A DNA stretch of 61,016 bases from a virus (Duplodnaviria; Caudoviricetes): IMG/VR virus record IMGVR_UViG_3300043438_001546, positions 1 through 61,016 of that record; one strand, written 5' to 3'. Positions 27,512 to 37,374 of this stretch are shown one piece after another. The notes under the pieces were generated by a model, which saw only the letters and a list, made by a program, of their open reading frames with translations, did no database searches and was not told where the DNA came from. Position 1 is the first letter of the stretch; the number at the start of each line of letters is the position of its first letter. Position numbers and translations under genes: made by a program.

Positions 27512-28209
27512 CAAATGATACCATACAAATAAAGGTTAAGCAGCGTATTAACAAACTAGCCAGTAATGACTATGATAATATTATGCCTTGGCAAATTGTT
27601 GAAGCTTTTAATAAAGCCCAAGTAACTTGGTCTAGAAGAAATTTGATGGGAACTAATATGACCAAGACAGGTGATGAAGCCAGTAAAAGACGTATTGATG
27701 ATTTACAAGTTTTGCTTTCAGACAAACCATTGCAAATGGTTAAAAAAGATTTGTATTTTCAATCACCTATTCTTCCTGCAGATTATTTTGAATGGAAAAG
27801 AATTTCAAGTAAAGCAAAAAAAGATTGTTGTGATAAAAGACAAATGATGATTTATCTTGCTGAAGAAGCAAACGTAGATGAACTTTTGAGAGATTATAAT
27901 AAAAAGCCAAGTTTTGAATGGGGTGAAACTTTTGCTACAGTACTAGGAAATAGAGTCAAAGTTTATACAAATAATGATTTTGAATTAGAAAGCACAGTAT
28001 TAACTTACTACAGACAACCAAGGAGAATAGAAATTATAGGAACATCTGATCCATATACAGGACTTGTTTCAACTGCAAACGTTGAATGCGAATTTAAAGA
28101 TGACATTATTGAACTATTCATTGATGAGTGTGTGAAAATTTTAGCAGGAGATCTTGAAGATGTTACTGCAAATCAAATTGCAGATAATTCAGTAGAAACT
28201 AATAACTAA
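27508..28209 (+). CDS. Head-tail ring/adaptor protein
   Basis: FNKAQ, KRRIDDLQ, LPADY, YYRQP motifs typical of crAss-like ring proteins. Confidence 0.7.
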   Translation: MTNDTIQIKVKQRINKLASNDYDNIMPWQIVEAFNKAQVTWSRRNLMGTNMTKTGDEASKRRIDDLQVLLSDKPLQMVKKDLYFQSPILPADYFEWKRISSKAKKDCCDKRQMMIYLAEEANVDELLRDYNKKPSFEWGETFATVLGNRVKVYTNNDFELESTVLTYYRQPRRIEIIGTSDPYTGLVSTANVECEFKDDIIELFIDECVKILAGDLEDVTANQIADNSVETNN

Positions 28210-28216
28210 GAATAAA

Positions 28217-28678
28217 ATGAATACTCCACAAAGAGGTTTGTTAAAAAGACCTGCACCTCAAACAAGTACCACTACTTACACAAAACCATCAGGTAATCAT
28301 TGTGTAGAAGAAACAACTGTATGTATTTGTGAATTAATGAATGCATCTATTTCATTTCATAAATTACATTTAAAAGTAAATGGTGTAGGCGCATACGCTA
28401 CGCACATGGCACTAGGTCCACTTTATGAAGAATTGCCAGATCTAGTAGATACTATTACAGAAGCATATCAAGGAGCAGCTGAAAGAATTTTAGTTCTTCC
28501 AGACTGTTGTCCAAGAAGTCTTAATTCTGTAGAAGAAGCTATTGTTTACATCAGAGAAATCTATGACATGATTTGTGCTTTACAAGACATTATGTGTTTT
28601 TCAGAAATAAGCAATGAGTTAGACAATGTAAAAGCTCTTTTATCTAGTACTAAATATAAATTATTATTCTTAAAATAA
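28217..28678 (+). CDS. Ferritin/Dps-like protein (DUF5856-like)
   Basis: HxxHL...HxALxxLYxEL...DxxxExYQG...NELD...TKYKLxFL four-helix pattern. Confidence 0.75.
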   Translation: MNTPQRGLLKRPAPQTSTTTYTKPSGNHCVEETTVCICELMNASISFHKLHLKVNGVGAYATHMALGPLYEELPDLVDTITEAYQGAAERILVLPDCCPRSLNSVEEAIVYIREIYDMICALQDIMCFSEISNELDNVKALLSSTKYKLLFLK

Positions 28679-28684
28679 AAAACC

Positions 28685-29050
28685 ATGTTAAACAATCTTA
28701 CAAATTTCTTAAACCTTATTGCTAAAGACAGAATCAAGAAAAAACTTGAGCTATCAGACATTATTGCTATAGGAACAAAACAAAGTTCTAAACTTGGTGA
28801 TTATAAACCAACTGCAATAGTATATGCAGATTTAGAAGCACAGTTATTGGCATCTGTTCCAACGCCAACGCCACTTCCAACTCCTTCAGTAGGAGCTTCT
28901 ATTTGGGCTAATAAATTTACCCCAGTTGGTTGTATTAGTGAAGATATAACATTACCCACTCCAGGTGCTTTTACTTATCCTTCTCCTTTATCTATTTGCG
29001 TAGGAGGTTCAGTAACAGTTCCTGTAGGAACAACTTTAACAGTAGTATAA
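28685..29050 (+). CDS. Putative virion fibre-anchor protein
   Basis: ORF track; PTPTP linker; C-terminal VTVPVGTTLTVV. Confidence 0.65.
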   Translation: MLNNLTNFLNLIAKDRIKKKLELSDIIAIGTKQSSKLGDYKPTAIVYADLEAQLLASVPTPTPLPTPSVGASIWANKFTPVGCISEDITLPTPGAFTYPSPLSICVGGSVTVPVGTTLTVV

Positions 29051-29070
29051 ACAATTAAAAATAAAATAAA

Positions 29071-30267
29071 ATGAGTCAAATAAAAATAAATGTAATAGCC
29101 CCTTTAGGTTACACAGGACCAGTATTACCAGGAGATAATAATTTTGTACAGATAGTTGATACAAATGGAAATAGTGTATTTGAGATAGTTGGTAATATTG
29201 TAAATGCAAAAGGTGTTCAAATTACTAATATTGGATTAAATAATATTGGTATAGGTGCTGGCAATTTACAAAGCACAACTACAGGTACAAATAATACAGC
29301 TGTTGGTAACGGTTCCGGTGGCAGTGTAACAACTGGAATACAAAATACAGTTGTTGGTGCAGGTTCTTTGTTTTCAACTACAACCGGTTCAGATAATGTT
29401 GCAATTGGTGCTGGATGTTTATTATCTAATACATCAGGTCAAAAAAATATAGCTATTGGTACTCAAGCATTAAGGTTAAATACTACAACCTCAAATAATG
29501 TTGCCATTGGTTATCAAGCAATGAAAGATTCAGTTGGTAATCTTTTATCTGTAGCTATTGGTTCTCAAGCTTTAAGAACAGGTGCTTCAAACAGCATTGC
29601 TATAGGTAACGGAGCTGGAGCTTCATCAGCTCAACCTATAACTGCTATTGGAAGTGCAGCATTAGGTAATTCAACTGGATTTGGAAATACAGCATTAGGG
29701 ACTTCTGCTGGATTCAATTTAACTATAGGTAGCAATAATACTCTTTTAGGAGCTGGAGCCGCATCTGGTAGTGTAATTACTGGAGATCAAAATTCGTGTC
29801 TTGGTGCATCATCTGGAGGTTATATTGATACTGGTTCAAATAATACATGCATTGGTTATTCATCGCAAGTATCTCAAACAGGAGCTTCTAATGAGTTTGT
29901 ATTAGGTAATGTTAATGTTGCTGTATTAAGTTGTGCTGTAACAAGCATTAGTTCTTTATCAGATAGAAGAGATAAAAAAGAAATTGAAGAACTACCAGTT
30001 GGATTAGATTTTATACAAAAATTAAAACCAGTTAAATTTGTATGGGATGACCGTAATGAAAATGGTAAGCATAACATCAAAGATTTTGGGTTTATAGCAC
30101 AAGATTTAAAATCTACTCAAGAAGAAGAAGGTGTGGCGGATTACCTTAAATTAGTTTATGAAGGCAATGAAGAAAAATTACAAGCTTCTTACGGTAAATT
30201 AGTTCCAATACTTGTAAAGGCTATCCAAGAGCTATCAGAAGAAGTTAAACAATTAAAAAATAAATAA
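29071..30267 (+). CDS. Fibre protein with YadA-like head repeats and a C-terminal S74 intramolecular chaperone
   Basis: Repeated NTAVG/NVAIG units; SDRRDKKEI cleavage motif, LKPVxF, GFIAQD, LVKAIQEL. Confidence 0.9.
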   Translation: MSQIKINVIAPLGYTGPVLPGDNNFVQIVDTNGNSVFEIVGNIVNAKGVQITNIGLNNIGIGAGNLQSTTTGTNNTAVGNGSGGSVTTGIQNTVVGAGSLFSTTTGSDNVAIGAGCLLSNTSGQKNIAIGTQALRLNTTTSNNVAIGYQAMKDSVGNLLSVAIGSQALRTGASNSIAIGNGAGASSAQPITAIGSAALGNSTGFGNTALGTSAGFNLTIGSNNTLLGAGAASGSVITGDQNSCLGASSGGYIDTGSNNTCIGYSSQVSQTGASNEFVLGNVNVAVLSCAVTSISSLSDRRDKKEIEELPVGLDFIQKLKPVKFVWDDRNENGKHNIKDFGFIAQDLKSTQEEEGVADYLKLVYEGNEEKLQASYGKLVPILVKAIQELSEEVKQLKNK

Positions 30268-30268
30268 A

Positions 30269-31273
30269 ATGAGTAATTTTTATGTAAATAATATATTTCC
30301 TACATCTGGAAATATAGTAAATGTAAATGGTATTTCTTTAAGAGCTTTATCAGGAGGTCCTGGAACTATAAATAAATACATTGGTACAGACGCACCTGCA
30401 TCTTTAACGGCTAATGCTAACCTTATGGTTGGTAGTGGAGGAAGTGGTATTACCACAGGAAGTAATAATACAGTGTTAGGTTTATTTAGCGGAGGTCAGT
30501 TAACAGACGGAAGTGATAACGTTGTTGTAGGAACTATAGCTTTATCCAATTCTAATTCTGGTTCTGAAAATGTAGCAGTAGGTAAACAAGCTCTTAATTT
30601 AGTAGGAAATAGTTCATTTGGTCAAGTAGCAGTAGGAAGTGGTGCATTAAAAAGCATAACATCTGTAACAAGTAGCCCTAATACTGCTATTGGGTGGAGA
30701 TCTTTATGGAACACTACAGCTTCTGGTGCGAATACAGCGGTTGGTGCGGGGTCAGGTCAAGGTATTACTACAGGTTCAGATAATACTCTTTTAGGTGTAT
30801 ATGCTGGTGAAGGTAGTGGTTTAAATCCTATTACCACAGGTTCAAATAATATTTGTATTGGTTCAAATTCTGGTGTACCTCTTTCAAATACTAGTAATTC
30901 AATTACATTAGGTAATTCATCTAATAATGTTCTTCGTTGTGCTGTAACAAGTATCACATCATTATCTGATGCAAGAGATAAAAAAGATGTTGCTGAATTA
31001 TCAGCAGGTCTTGATTTTGTTAAAGGTCTTAAACCAGTTGAATTTATATGGGATGACAGAAATGAAGCAGGTAAACACGATATTAAAGATTTTGGATTCA
31101 TTGCTCAAGACTTAAAGAAATCTCAAGAAGATGCTAAGTTAGCAGAAACTCTTAAATTGGTTTATGAAGAAAACCCTGAAAAGTTAGAAGCAAGCTATGG
31201 TAAGTTAATTCCTATTCTTGTTAAAGCTATTCAAGAATTAACAGCAAAAGTTGAAACATTAGAAAAGAAGTAA
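30269..31273 (+). CDS. Second fibre protein with YadA-like repeats and an S74 chaperone (paralogue)
   Basis: SDARDKKDV, GFIAQD, LVKAIQEL; C-terminus very similar to 29071-30267. Confidence 0.9.
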   Translation: MSNFYVNNIFPTSGNIVNVNGISLRALSGGPGTINKYIGTDAPASLTANANLMVGSGGSGITTGSNNTVLGLFSGGQLTDGSDNVVVGTIALSNSNSGSENVAVGKQALNLVGNSSFGQVAVGSGALKSITSVTSSPNTAIGWRSLWNTTASGANTAVGAGSGQGITTGSDNTLLGVYAGEGSGLNPITTGSNNICIGSNSGVPLSNTSNSITLGNSSNNVLRCAVTSITSLSDARDKKDVAELSAGLDFVKGLKPVEFIWDDRNEAGKHDIKDFGFIAQDLKKSQEDAKLAETLKLVYEENPEKLEASYGKLIPILVKAIQELTAKVETLEKK

Positions 31274-31275
31274 TC

Positions 31276-31413
31276 ATGGCAACAGCAAAGAAAAAAGCAG
31301 CACCAGCTAAAGGTAAATGGGTTCCACCATGGGCTAAAGATGCAAAAGATAAAGAAGCTGGAAAAGCTCCAGCAAAAGGAAAATCTTCAGTAAAAGCAAA
31401 AACAAAAAAATAA
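31276..31413 (+). CDS. Small K/A-rich protein (45 aa)
   Basis: Hand translation MATAKKKAAPAKGKWVPPWAKDAKDKEAGKAPAKGKSSVKAKTKK. Confidence 0.75.
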   Translation: MATAKKKAAPAKGKWVPPWAKDAKDKEAGKAPAKGKSSVKAKTKK

Positions 31414-31424
31414 TTTGCACCAAG

Positions 31425-31473
31425 TGTTGCATAATTGAATTATTTTTGCTATATTGAATATATTGTTTATTAA
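31425..31473 (+). promoter_or_regulatory. Putative late promoter, second copy
   Basis: TGTTGCATAA-N15-TATATT-GAAT-ATATTGTTTATTAA, matching 6878-6927. Confidence 0.6.
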
Positions 31474-31490
31474 CTAAAAAAAAAAGAAAA

Positions 31491-33071
31491 ATGAGTTATT
31501 TTAATCATGCTTACCGCAAATCATTTGTCGGAACAAAAGCAACCCAAGCTGCTGCACCAGGTACAGCAAACGCGGTGAACAACGGATTTTTGCTTGACGC
31601 AGGTGTACCAACATCAGCTTTAGCAAATGCAGTTGCACCAAATTCATTAGGTGTAGGTACTTATGGATTTTTTAATCCTAATACTTACTTATCTGTAAAC
31701 AACGCATCTCCGGAAGTGGTTGCAGGAAAACCATTGATTTTTGCTGCTGCATCATTGTTTACAAATGATAAAATTGGACCTTTCCACGGAGGGTACAAAG
31801 AGTCTAACAAATCAAAGATGATCAATCCAAGATTTGTTCACAAATTTTCTAAAATGACTGGTTCTGGTCCAGAACAATCAATTTGGCATTTAGGTAATAC
31901 TAACTGGAACGCAGATTCAATTAATACTGTTACGTTTACAGCAGGTACAGGTTATACCAATGGTACTTATACCAATGTTGCTCTTACGGGTGGTTCAGGT
32001 GTTGGTGCTTTTGCAACGGTAGTTGTTGCCGGTGGTATTGTTACAGCCGTAACTATTACACAACCTGGTCAAGCATATACAGTTGGTAATATATTAGGTT
32101 TACCTAGTACTATTCCTTTTGTTGCAGGAACAGCTGCTACTATTACTGTAGCAACAATTAAATACAACACTGCAGGTACTACTCCATGTAAATTTGATTT
32201 TGTATGTGGAGAAACTTATAATCTTCGTTTAGATTTGTGGGGTTCACCAGTACTTCGTTTCTTAAACCATGACTTGTACAAAACTCTTGCAGCTTATACA
32301 GGTTGTTGTCCAGATGGTACAATTGTACCAGGAAATGTAGATTCTACATTGGTAATGATCAACTGGGCTAACCAAATCGTAAATGATGTATGGTTGCAGT
32401 ACTTTGTTCGTCCAATTGTTTACACTCAAACAGGTGTTGCATTGTTTGCTACTGCTGCTGAAGCAGTTGCTGCTGGTTTCCCTGCTGGAAATGTTTGGTC
32501 AACTTACGTATCTCCAGGATACATTGCAGGTGCATTAGGCGGTATTCGTTTAATTGGTGCTTATGTTGAAACTAAATTTGGTAACTGTTCATTCCAAAAC
32601 TCTGATTTCTTTGAGAAAGAAGTAGTTCAAATGAATGTATCATTAACAGATTTGACTGGTGATCCATGTGATTTCTCTGCTCTTTGTGCAAATAAAGAAT
32701 ACGCAGGATTTACAGGACAAGGTTATGGTGAAACTGTATTGCGTGATGTAATTCTTGATGAGTCTTACTTACAAAATCATTTCTCTGATGATGTTCGTAT
32801 CCGTGAGATTACTCAAGGTGATCAGTACTTTACTGCGGTTAACCGTAATGCATTGTACACACGTTATGTCCTTCAACACAGCGTTCCTCGTTATAACAAC
32901 CCAAGTGGTGTTTATGATGATGATCAATATGCATTGAACATTTATGTTACTGCAGCAGCAGCAACAGCATTTGAAACATTCATGGCAACTTGGTTAGGCG
33001 CAGCTGCAGTAGGTGGAGTTGTTTCATTAACTACTTATGGTCATACTGCTTACACACCAGCAGCACTTTAA
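31491..33071 (+). CDS. Abundant virion structural protein (auxiliary capsid/decoration candidate) with an inserted GxGYT beta domain
   Basis: Codon bias like MCP; own promoter and terminator; AGTGYT...ITQPGQAYTVG insertion. Confidence 0.7.
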   Translation: MSYFNHAYRKSFVGTKATQAAAPGTANAVNNGFLLDAGVPTSALANAVAPNSLGVGTYGFFNPNTYLSVNNASPEVVAGKPLIFAAASLFTNDKIGPFHGGYKESNKSKMINPRFVHKFSKMTGSGPEQSIWHLGNTNWNADSINTVTFTAGTGYTNGTYTNVALTGGSGVGAFATVVVAGGIVTAVTITQPGQAYTVGNILGLPSTIPFVAGTAATITVATIKYNTAGTTPCKFDFVCGETYNLRLDLWGSPVLRFLNHDLYKTLAAYTGCCPDGTIVPGNVDSTLVMINWANQIVNDVWLQYFVRPIVYTQTGVALFATAAEAVAAGFPAGNVWSTYVSPGYIAGALGGIRLIGAYVETKFGNCSFQNSDFFEKEVVQMNVSLTDLTGDPCDFSALCANKEYAGFTGQGYGETVLRDVILDESYLQNHFSDDVRIREITQGDQYFTAVNRNALYTRYVLQHSVPRYNNPSGVYDDDQYALNIYVTAAAATAFETFMATWLGAAAVGGVVSLTTYGHTAYTPAAL

Positions 33072-33091
33072 GACTGTAATTATATCTTCCT

Positions 33092-33132
33092 AAAATGGAG
33101 AATGGAGTCTTTCTCTATTCTCCATTTTTTTT
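33092..33132 (+). terminator. Intrinsic terminator
   Basis: AAAATGGAGAAT/ATTCTCCATTTT plus T-run. Confidence 0.85.
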
Positions 33133-33144
33133 AAATAAAATCTT

Positions 33145-33705
33145 ATGGCAACAAATTCATTAAGTTTAAATATTCCAAACATTATGACAGATTGTGTTCT
33201 TCGCATAGAAGACACAAGTGTGTATGATTCACTCATGCCTTATGTTTGCCCTACTGTCCAAGTATTAGTACCAGGATACAGAGATTGCATCACTTTTAAT
33301 GATACAACACTTCCTAAAGTTGTTAAAGGATTTATTTTTAATCTTACAGCATGTGACTTAAAAATACAAACTGAATGTTGTGGTACAGAGTTTCATCATT
33401 TACCTGATGGAATTTATGTCATCAAATATGCACTTTCACCGCATGATAAAATGTATGTTGAGTACAATCATTTGCGTGTTACAGCTTTAAGAAAACAACT
33501 GAAAGAAGAATGGTGTAAACTAAAATTAAGTGCATGTGAACCAATTCCAGAAACTAAGAATAAATTTATATCTTTGATGGAGATTACTGGTTACATAGAT
33601 GCAGCTCAAGCAAAAGCTGAGTATTGTTTAGACCACGATCAGGCAATGGTTTTATATAACTATGCCAAAAAATTATTAGATAGTTATTCATGTAAATTTT
33701 GCTAA
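33145..33705 (+). CDS. Cys-rich structural protein (tail hub-like)
   Basis: IEDTSVY, LPDGIYVIKY motifs; many Cys. Confidence 0.65.
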   Translation: MATNSLSLNIPNIMTDCVLRIEDTSVYDSLMPYVCPTVQVLVPGYRDCITFNDTTLPKVVKGFIFNLTACDLKIQTECCGTEFHHLPDGIYVIKYALSPHDKMYVEYNHLRVTALRKQLKEEWCKLKLSACEPIPETKNKFISLMEITGYIDAAQAKAEYCLDHDQAMVLYNYAKKLLDSYSCKFC

Positions 33706-33706
33706 A

Positions 33707-33847
33707 ATGGCTCAAAGTTGTCAAAATTGTGGAGTGTGTACTTGCACAGGAACATATCTTGTAAATGCAACAAATGGTACACCATGTTGTACTGCTTGTG
33801 TTAATGTAGTCAATCAGCAAATTGCTGAAGGTCAAATAAAAAAATAA
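33707..33847 (+). CDS. Tiny Cys-rich protein (46 aa, 7 Cys)
   Basis: Hand translation MAQSCQNCGVCTCTGTYLVNATNGTPCCTACVNVVNQQIAEGQIKK; fills the intergenic gap exactly. Confidence 0.7.
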   Translation: MAQSCQNCGVCTCTGTYLVNATNGTPCCTACVNVVNQQIAEGQIKK

Positions 33848-33850
33848 TCA

Positions 33851-35338
33851 ATGAGTAGCTCTGTTATAGAAATAAAAAACTACTACTATAAATTAGTAGA
33901 TTGTTGTAGTGGAGAAACTTATGTTTATCCTCAAGGTCATTATTTGGCCGGTTTTGCAATATACATTATTTATGATGGGAATGAAACAGGATATTCTCCT
34001 TTAGATATAATAAGAGATTCATCTATTATAACAAGCATTACAGACAGTCTTGGATTTGAAATTAAAGGTTGTTTAATACTTCAAGTAACAGATGCACCAT
34101 TAAATCAACCGCCAATAAATTTGCAAAATTGGGCGGATGTTTTTTATGATAATGTACAAACTACAGCATTATGTTGTGACTGTAATAGTTCATGTAATTC
34201 ATTGTTTTTTCAATGGCAAGTTGAATCAAATATAATTGATCAAGGTCAGTATATATGGTCATTTGTTGGAGCAACAGGTAACTATGGGGGACGATCATAT
34301 TATCAACTTATATTATCAACTGATGCAAGTCTTTCTTTAGGAACTCAATTCTATTATGTATGGTTTTCAACGCAAGAACAAGCATGGGTTGTTACAGATA
34401 CATTAGGAGATGCTACAACTATTTTATGGCAATTAAATTCTAATCAAGAAATTCCTGCTTCATTTAATACAATTACTGATTGGGAAGAGATTACTGCTGT
34501 TAGAATTACTTTTCAGTCTTATATTTGTAAACAAGAAGAACCTGCATCAATACCATCTGAATATAAATATCCAGAAGAAAGATACCAATTAACTTGTTGT
34601 TCTACAGGAGAAGCTTTAGTTGTAAATGGTTTACCGGGAGTATTTGTATTTCAAGGTTTAACCAGTAATGATAATCACCCAGATAACTTTTTAGAAGTTG
34701 TTTTAACAACCATTAAAGATATTAATGCAAATGTTATTACCGGATGTTACCGTGTAACAGAAGCAGAATGTTTTGAAGAATGGGAAGAAATATTATGGCA
34801 AGACTTTTTTGTTGAAACAGAATGTGTAAGTACATGCCAGGAGTGTTTACCAAAACCGGTAACAATCCCTCCAATTACAAATCACAAAATAATTTACCCT
34901 GATTTCATAATTAATAATGCAAATCCAATTGATGCAGAACAGATTTTCTGTGCATTTGGAGATGCAAATTATCAAAAAGTTTTAGCATTAAGATATGGAA
35001 TACAATTCTGTTGTCCTACAGATCTAATGCAATCTACAATAGAACATGAAATCTTAAAGATGGATATTGCAGAAGATCCAAATGCATGTTGTCCTGTAGC
35101 ACCGCTTCCTGGAACATGTAAAAAGTATTCTGTAATTATTCCAATTGATGTAGAAGGGTGGTTGTATTTTAAAGATTGTTCGGGAGTTAAAAGAACAGTT
35201 ATGTTTCATTCATTCAGTACACCTTACGAAGTTTTTGTGTGTGGTACAACTGGACAAACATCTGCTGATATTTATATATTAGCAAACAATCAAAGTTTGA
35301 TTCAAGTGCAATTCTCAGAGGGAGTAGATTGCAATTAA
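33851..35338 (+). CDS. Acidic Cys-rich structural protein with an internal duplication
   Basis: YKLVDCCSGE...ITSITD...IKGC and YQLTCCSTGE...LTTIKD...ITGC. Confidence 0.75.
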   Translation: MSSSVIEIKNYYYKLVDCCSGETYVYPQGHYLAGFAIYIIYDGNETGYSPLDIIRDSSIITSITDSLGFEIKGCLILQVTDAPLNQPPINLQNWADVFYDNVQTTALCCDCNSSCNSLFFQWQVESNIIDQGQYIWSFVGATGNYGGRSYYQLILSTDASLSLGTQFYYVWFSTQEQAWVVTDTLGDATTILWQLNSNQEIPASFNTITDWEEITAVRITFQSYICKQEEPASIPSEYKYPEERYQLTCCSTGEALVVNGLPGVFVFQGLTSNDNHPDNFLEVVLTTIKDINANVITGCYRVTEAECFEEWEEILWQDFFVETECVSTCQECLPKPVTIPPITNHKIIYPDFIINNANPIDAEQIFCAFGDANYQKVLALRYGIQFCCPTDLMQSTIEHEILKMDIAEDPNACCPVAPLPGTCKKYSVIIPIDVEGWLYFKDCSGVKRTVMFHSFSTPYEVFVCGTTGQTSADIYILANNQSLIQVQFSEGVDCN

Positions 35339-35377
35339 AATTAGGAAATTAAATTAAAAATTTGTATATTATTAGCT

Positions 35378-35890
35378 ATGGGAAAGCCAACAAATACTAG
35401 AAGTGCTGGGTGTGCTGTAACAACAAGTAACTGTGTTGTATGGCAAGGACCAGATTTATGTTGCATTAATCTATGTAACGGTGATACAATCAGCGATGTC
35501 ATAAATGAATTAGCAAAAAAGATTTGTAAAATCTTTGAAATGCTAGATGTGCAATCTTATGATTTATCAGAACTGATAGATAAAGAATGTCCGCCTGCAA
35601 ATTTTGTTGAGCTTGTTCAACTACTTATTGACACTATTGCAAAAATCAATTTAGGAACAGCTGTAACAACAGGAGGAACTTCAGGTTGTCCTGAGTGCGA
35701 TATGTCTGTTGCTGCATGTTTCCAACAACAATATGGAACAGTTATATCAATGACTGAATATGTAACCGCTATTGGAGTTAAACTTTGTGATCAACAAGTA
35801 TTAATTCAAACACAAAATAATGCGTTAGCTCAAATGCAACAGCAAATTGCTGCACTACAAGCACAGGTTAATCTTTTAATAGGCGGATAA
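35378..35890 (+). CDS. Cys-rich protein with a C-terminal coiled coil (fibre anchor/trimeriser)
   Basis: SNCVVWQGPDL...GDTISDVINEL; heptad Q-rich tail. Confidence 0.75.
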   Translation: MGKPTNTRSAGCAVTTSNCVVWQGPDLCCINLCNGDTISDVINELAKKICKIFEMLDVQSYDLSELIDKECPPANFVELVQLLIDTIAKINLGTAVTTGGTSGCPECDMSVAACFQQQYGTVISMTEYVTAIGVKLCDQQVLIQTQNNALAQMQQQIAALQAQVNLLIGG

Positions 35891-35891
35891 A

Positions 35892-36515
35892 ATGAAAAAA
35901 AAATGTACATCTACAAATAATGCTATTACTTTGACATCTCATATTGAATGTCCAAGTGTGGTAGCAGTAACGCCAAGTTGTGTAAATCCAATTTTGTATA
36001 TTATTGATGAGGCAATTGTTGCTTCTACAGAAAATAACACACCTTTATTTGAAGAAATAACTTTATTATTAGATGCGGGTGTAGCAGTTACAAATTCAAA
36101 TAAATTTTGCTGTCCAACATGTAATGATATATACTACTTGGGTTATCTTGGTCCATTTATGGCATCTTTAAGTACATTGCTACCAGATTTAAAATGTTGT
36201 TATAATTATACAGGTCCTGCAACATTGCCTGGATTAACTACTTTGCAGTTATTATCTTGTTGTGATACTAATTTTATTGATTGTGTTTCTGCTATTAACA
36301 ACGGTGGTTCAATTATAACTACAGGTCTTTTTGAATATAACTCAATGAACAATGAGTCATCTTTATGCATAATAAATGATTACTTAATTGCAGCAGGATA
36401 TTATGATGTTGCAACAACATTAATTGAAATGTTTAAAGTAGGAATAGTTATAAAATGTGATGGTTGTAATTTATTTATAGGATCTGCTGATGCCTATTCT
36501 AATATTTACTTATAA
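35892..36515 (+). CDS. Cys-rich protein, paralogue A
   Basis: CVNPILY, CCPTC, YYLG, CCDTNF, GIVIKC. Confidence 0.75.
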   Translation: MKKKCTSTNNAITLTSHIECPSVVAVTPSCVNPILYIIDEAIVASTENNTPLFEEITLLLDAGVAVTNSNKFCCPTCNDIYYLGYLGPFMASLSTLLPDLKCCYNYTGPATLPGLTTLQLLSCCDTNFIDCVSAINNGGSIITTGLFEYNSMNNESSLCIINDYLIAAGYYDVATTLIEMFKVGIVIKCDGCNLFIGSADAYSNIYL

Positions 36516-36524
36516 ATTTAAAAG

Positions 36525-37349
36525 ATGAGTTGTAAAAAATGTAAAACCACTAAGTGTACATGTGAAGTAACTACATGTATCAACCCTTTAATCTATATGT
36601 TTAAAGGAATGTTTTCTTTGGTAGGAACTGAGTCAGATAACATTGGAGTATTAGAAATTTTAGCAAAAATTTCAAAAAAAGGTAAAAAAAGAGATGTGAT
36701 TTTTCCTAAAGATCCAAGAGGTGAAGTTGCTGCTAAGGATGTAGCTGATACAGCTGATACTAAAACACTTGGATTTACTTTAGATGTAACCACAGCATTG
36801 ATTGAAACACTGGTTGGAGGAATATCTATTTCAAACAACAAAAATCTTTGTTGTCCTGATTGTAAAAATGGTATTTACTACTTAGGTGGTGCAGAATTAT
36901 TTATAGAATTACATGAGTTTTTAATTAAGTCATCAACTAGAATTTGTTGTTTAGAACATGCAAGTACTATTGAAACATGGTTAAAAGTTTTAGAAGCAAC
37001 AGAAAATCAATATAAGTGTTGTGATACTGATTTTAATGAAGCCGTTCAGCAATGGTTTAATGCATCAAGTTCATCAAGTGTTAATTTTTATTTAGATGAT
37101 ATTTTAACAATTGGTGTTTTAGAATCTTCTTCTTTTAATGGATACAGCGGATTAGGAATTTTGTTTAATTATTTGCAGTTAAATTATCCTGAATTAACCA
37201 GTGAAGATTATTTAAATATTCTTGGTGTTATTGTAAATTTGGGAATTGTAATTCAGTGCAATGATTGCGAAATGATTATTGCATCAGTTGAAACATATTT
37301 AAAATGGTCTGCAGCTGTTAGTAATAGTGGTAAAGCAGCAATGGCATAA
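36525..37349 (+). CDS. Cys-rich protein, paralogue B
   Basis: CINPLIY, CCPDC, YYLG, CCDTDF, GIVIQC. Confidence 0.75.
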   Translation: MSCKKCKTTKCTCEVTTCINPLIYMFKGMFSLVGTESDNIGVLEILAKISKKGKKRDVIFPKDPRGEVAAKDVADTADTKTLGFTLDVTTALIETLVGGISISNNKNLCCPDCKNGIYYLGGAELFIELHEFLIKSSTRICCLEHASTIETWLKVLEATENQYKCCDTDFNEAVQQWFNASSSSSVNFYLDDILTIGVLESSSFNGYSGLGILFNYLQLNYPELTSEDYLNILGVIVNLGIVIQCNDCEMIIASVETYLKWSAAVSNSGKAAMA

Positions 37350-37374
37350 TTATAAAATTTAAAAATTAATAGAA

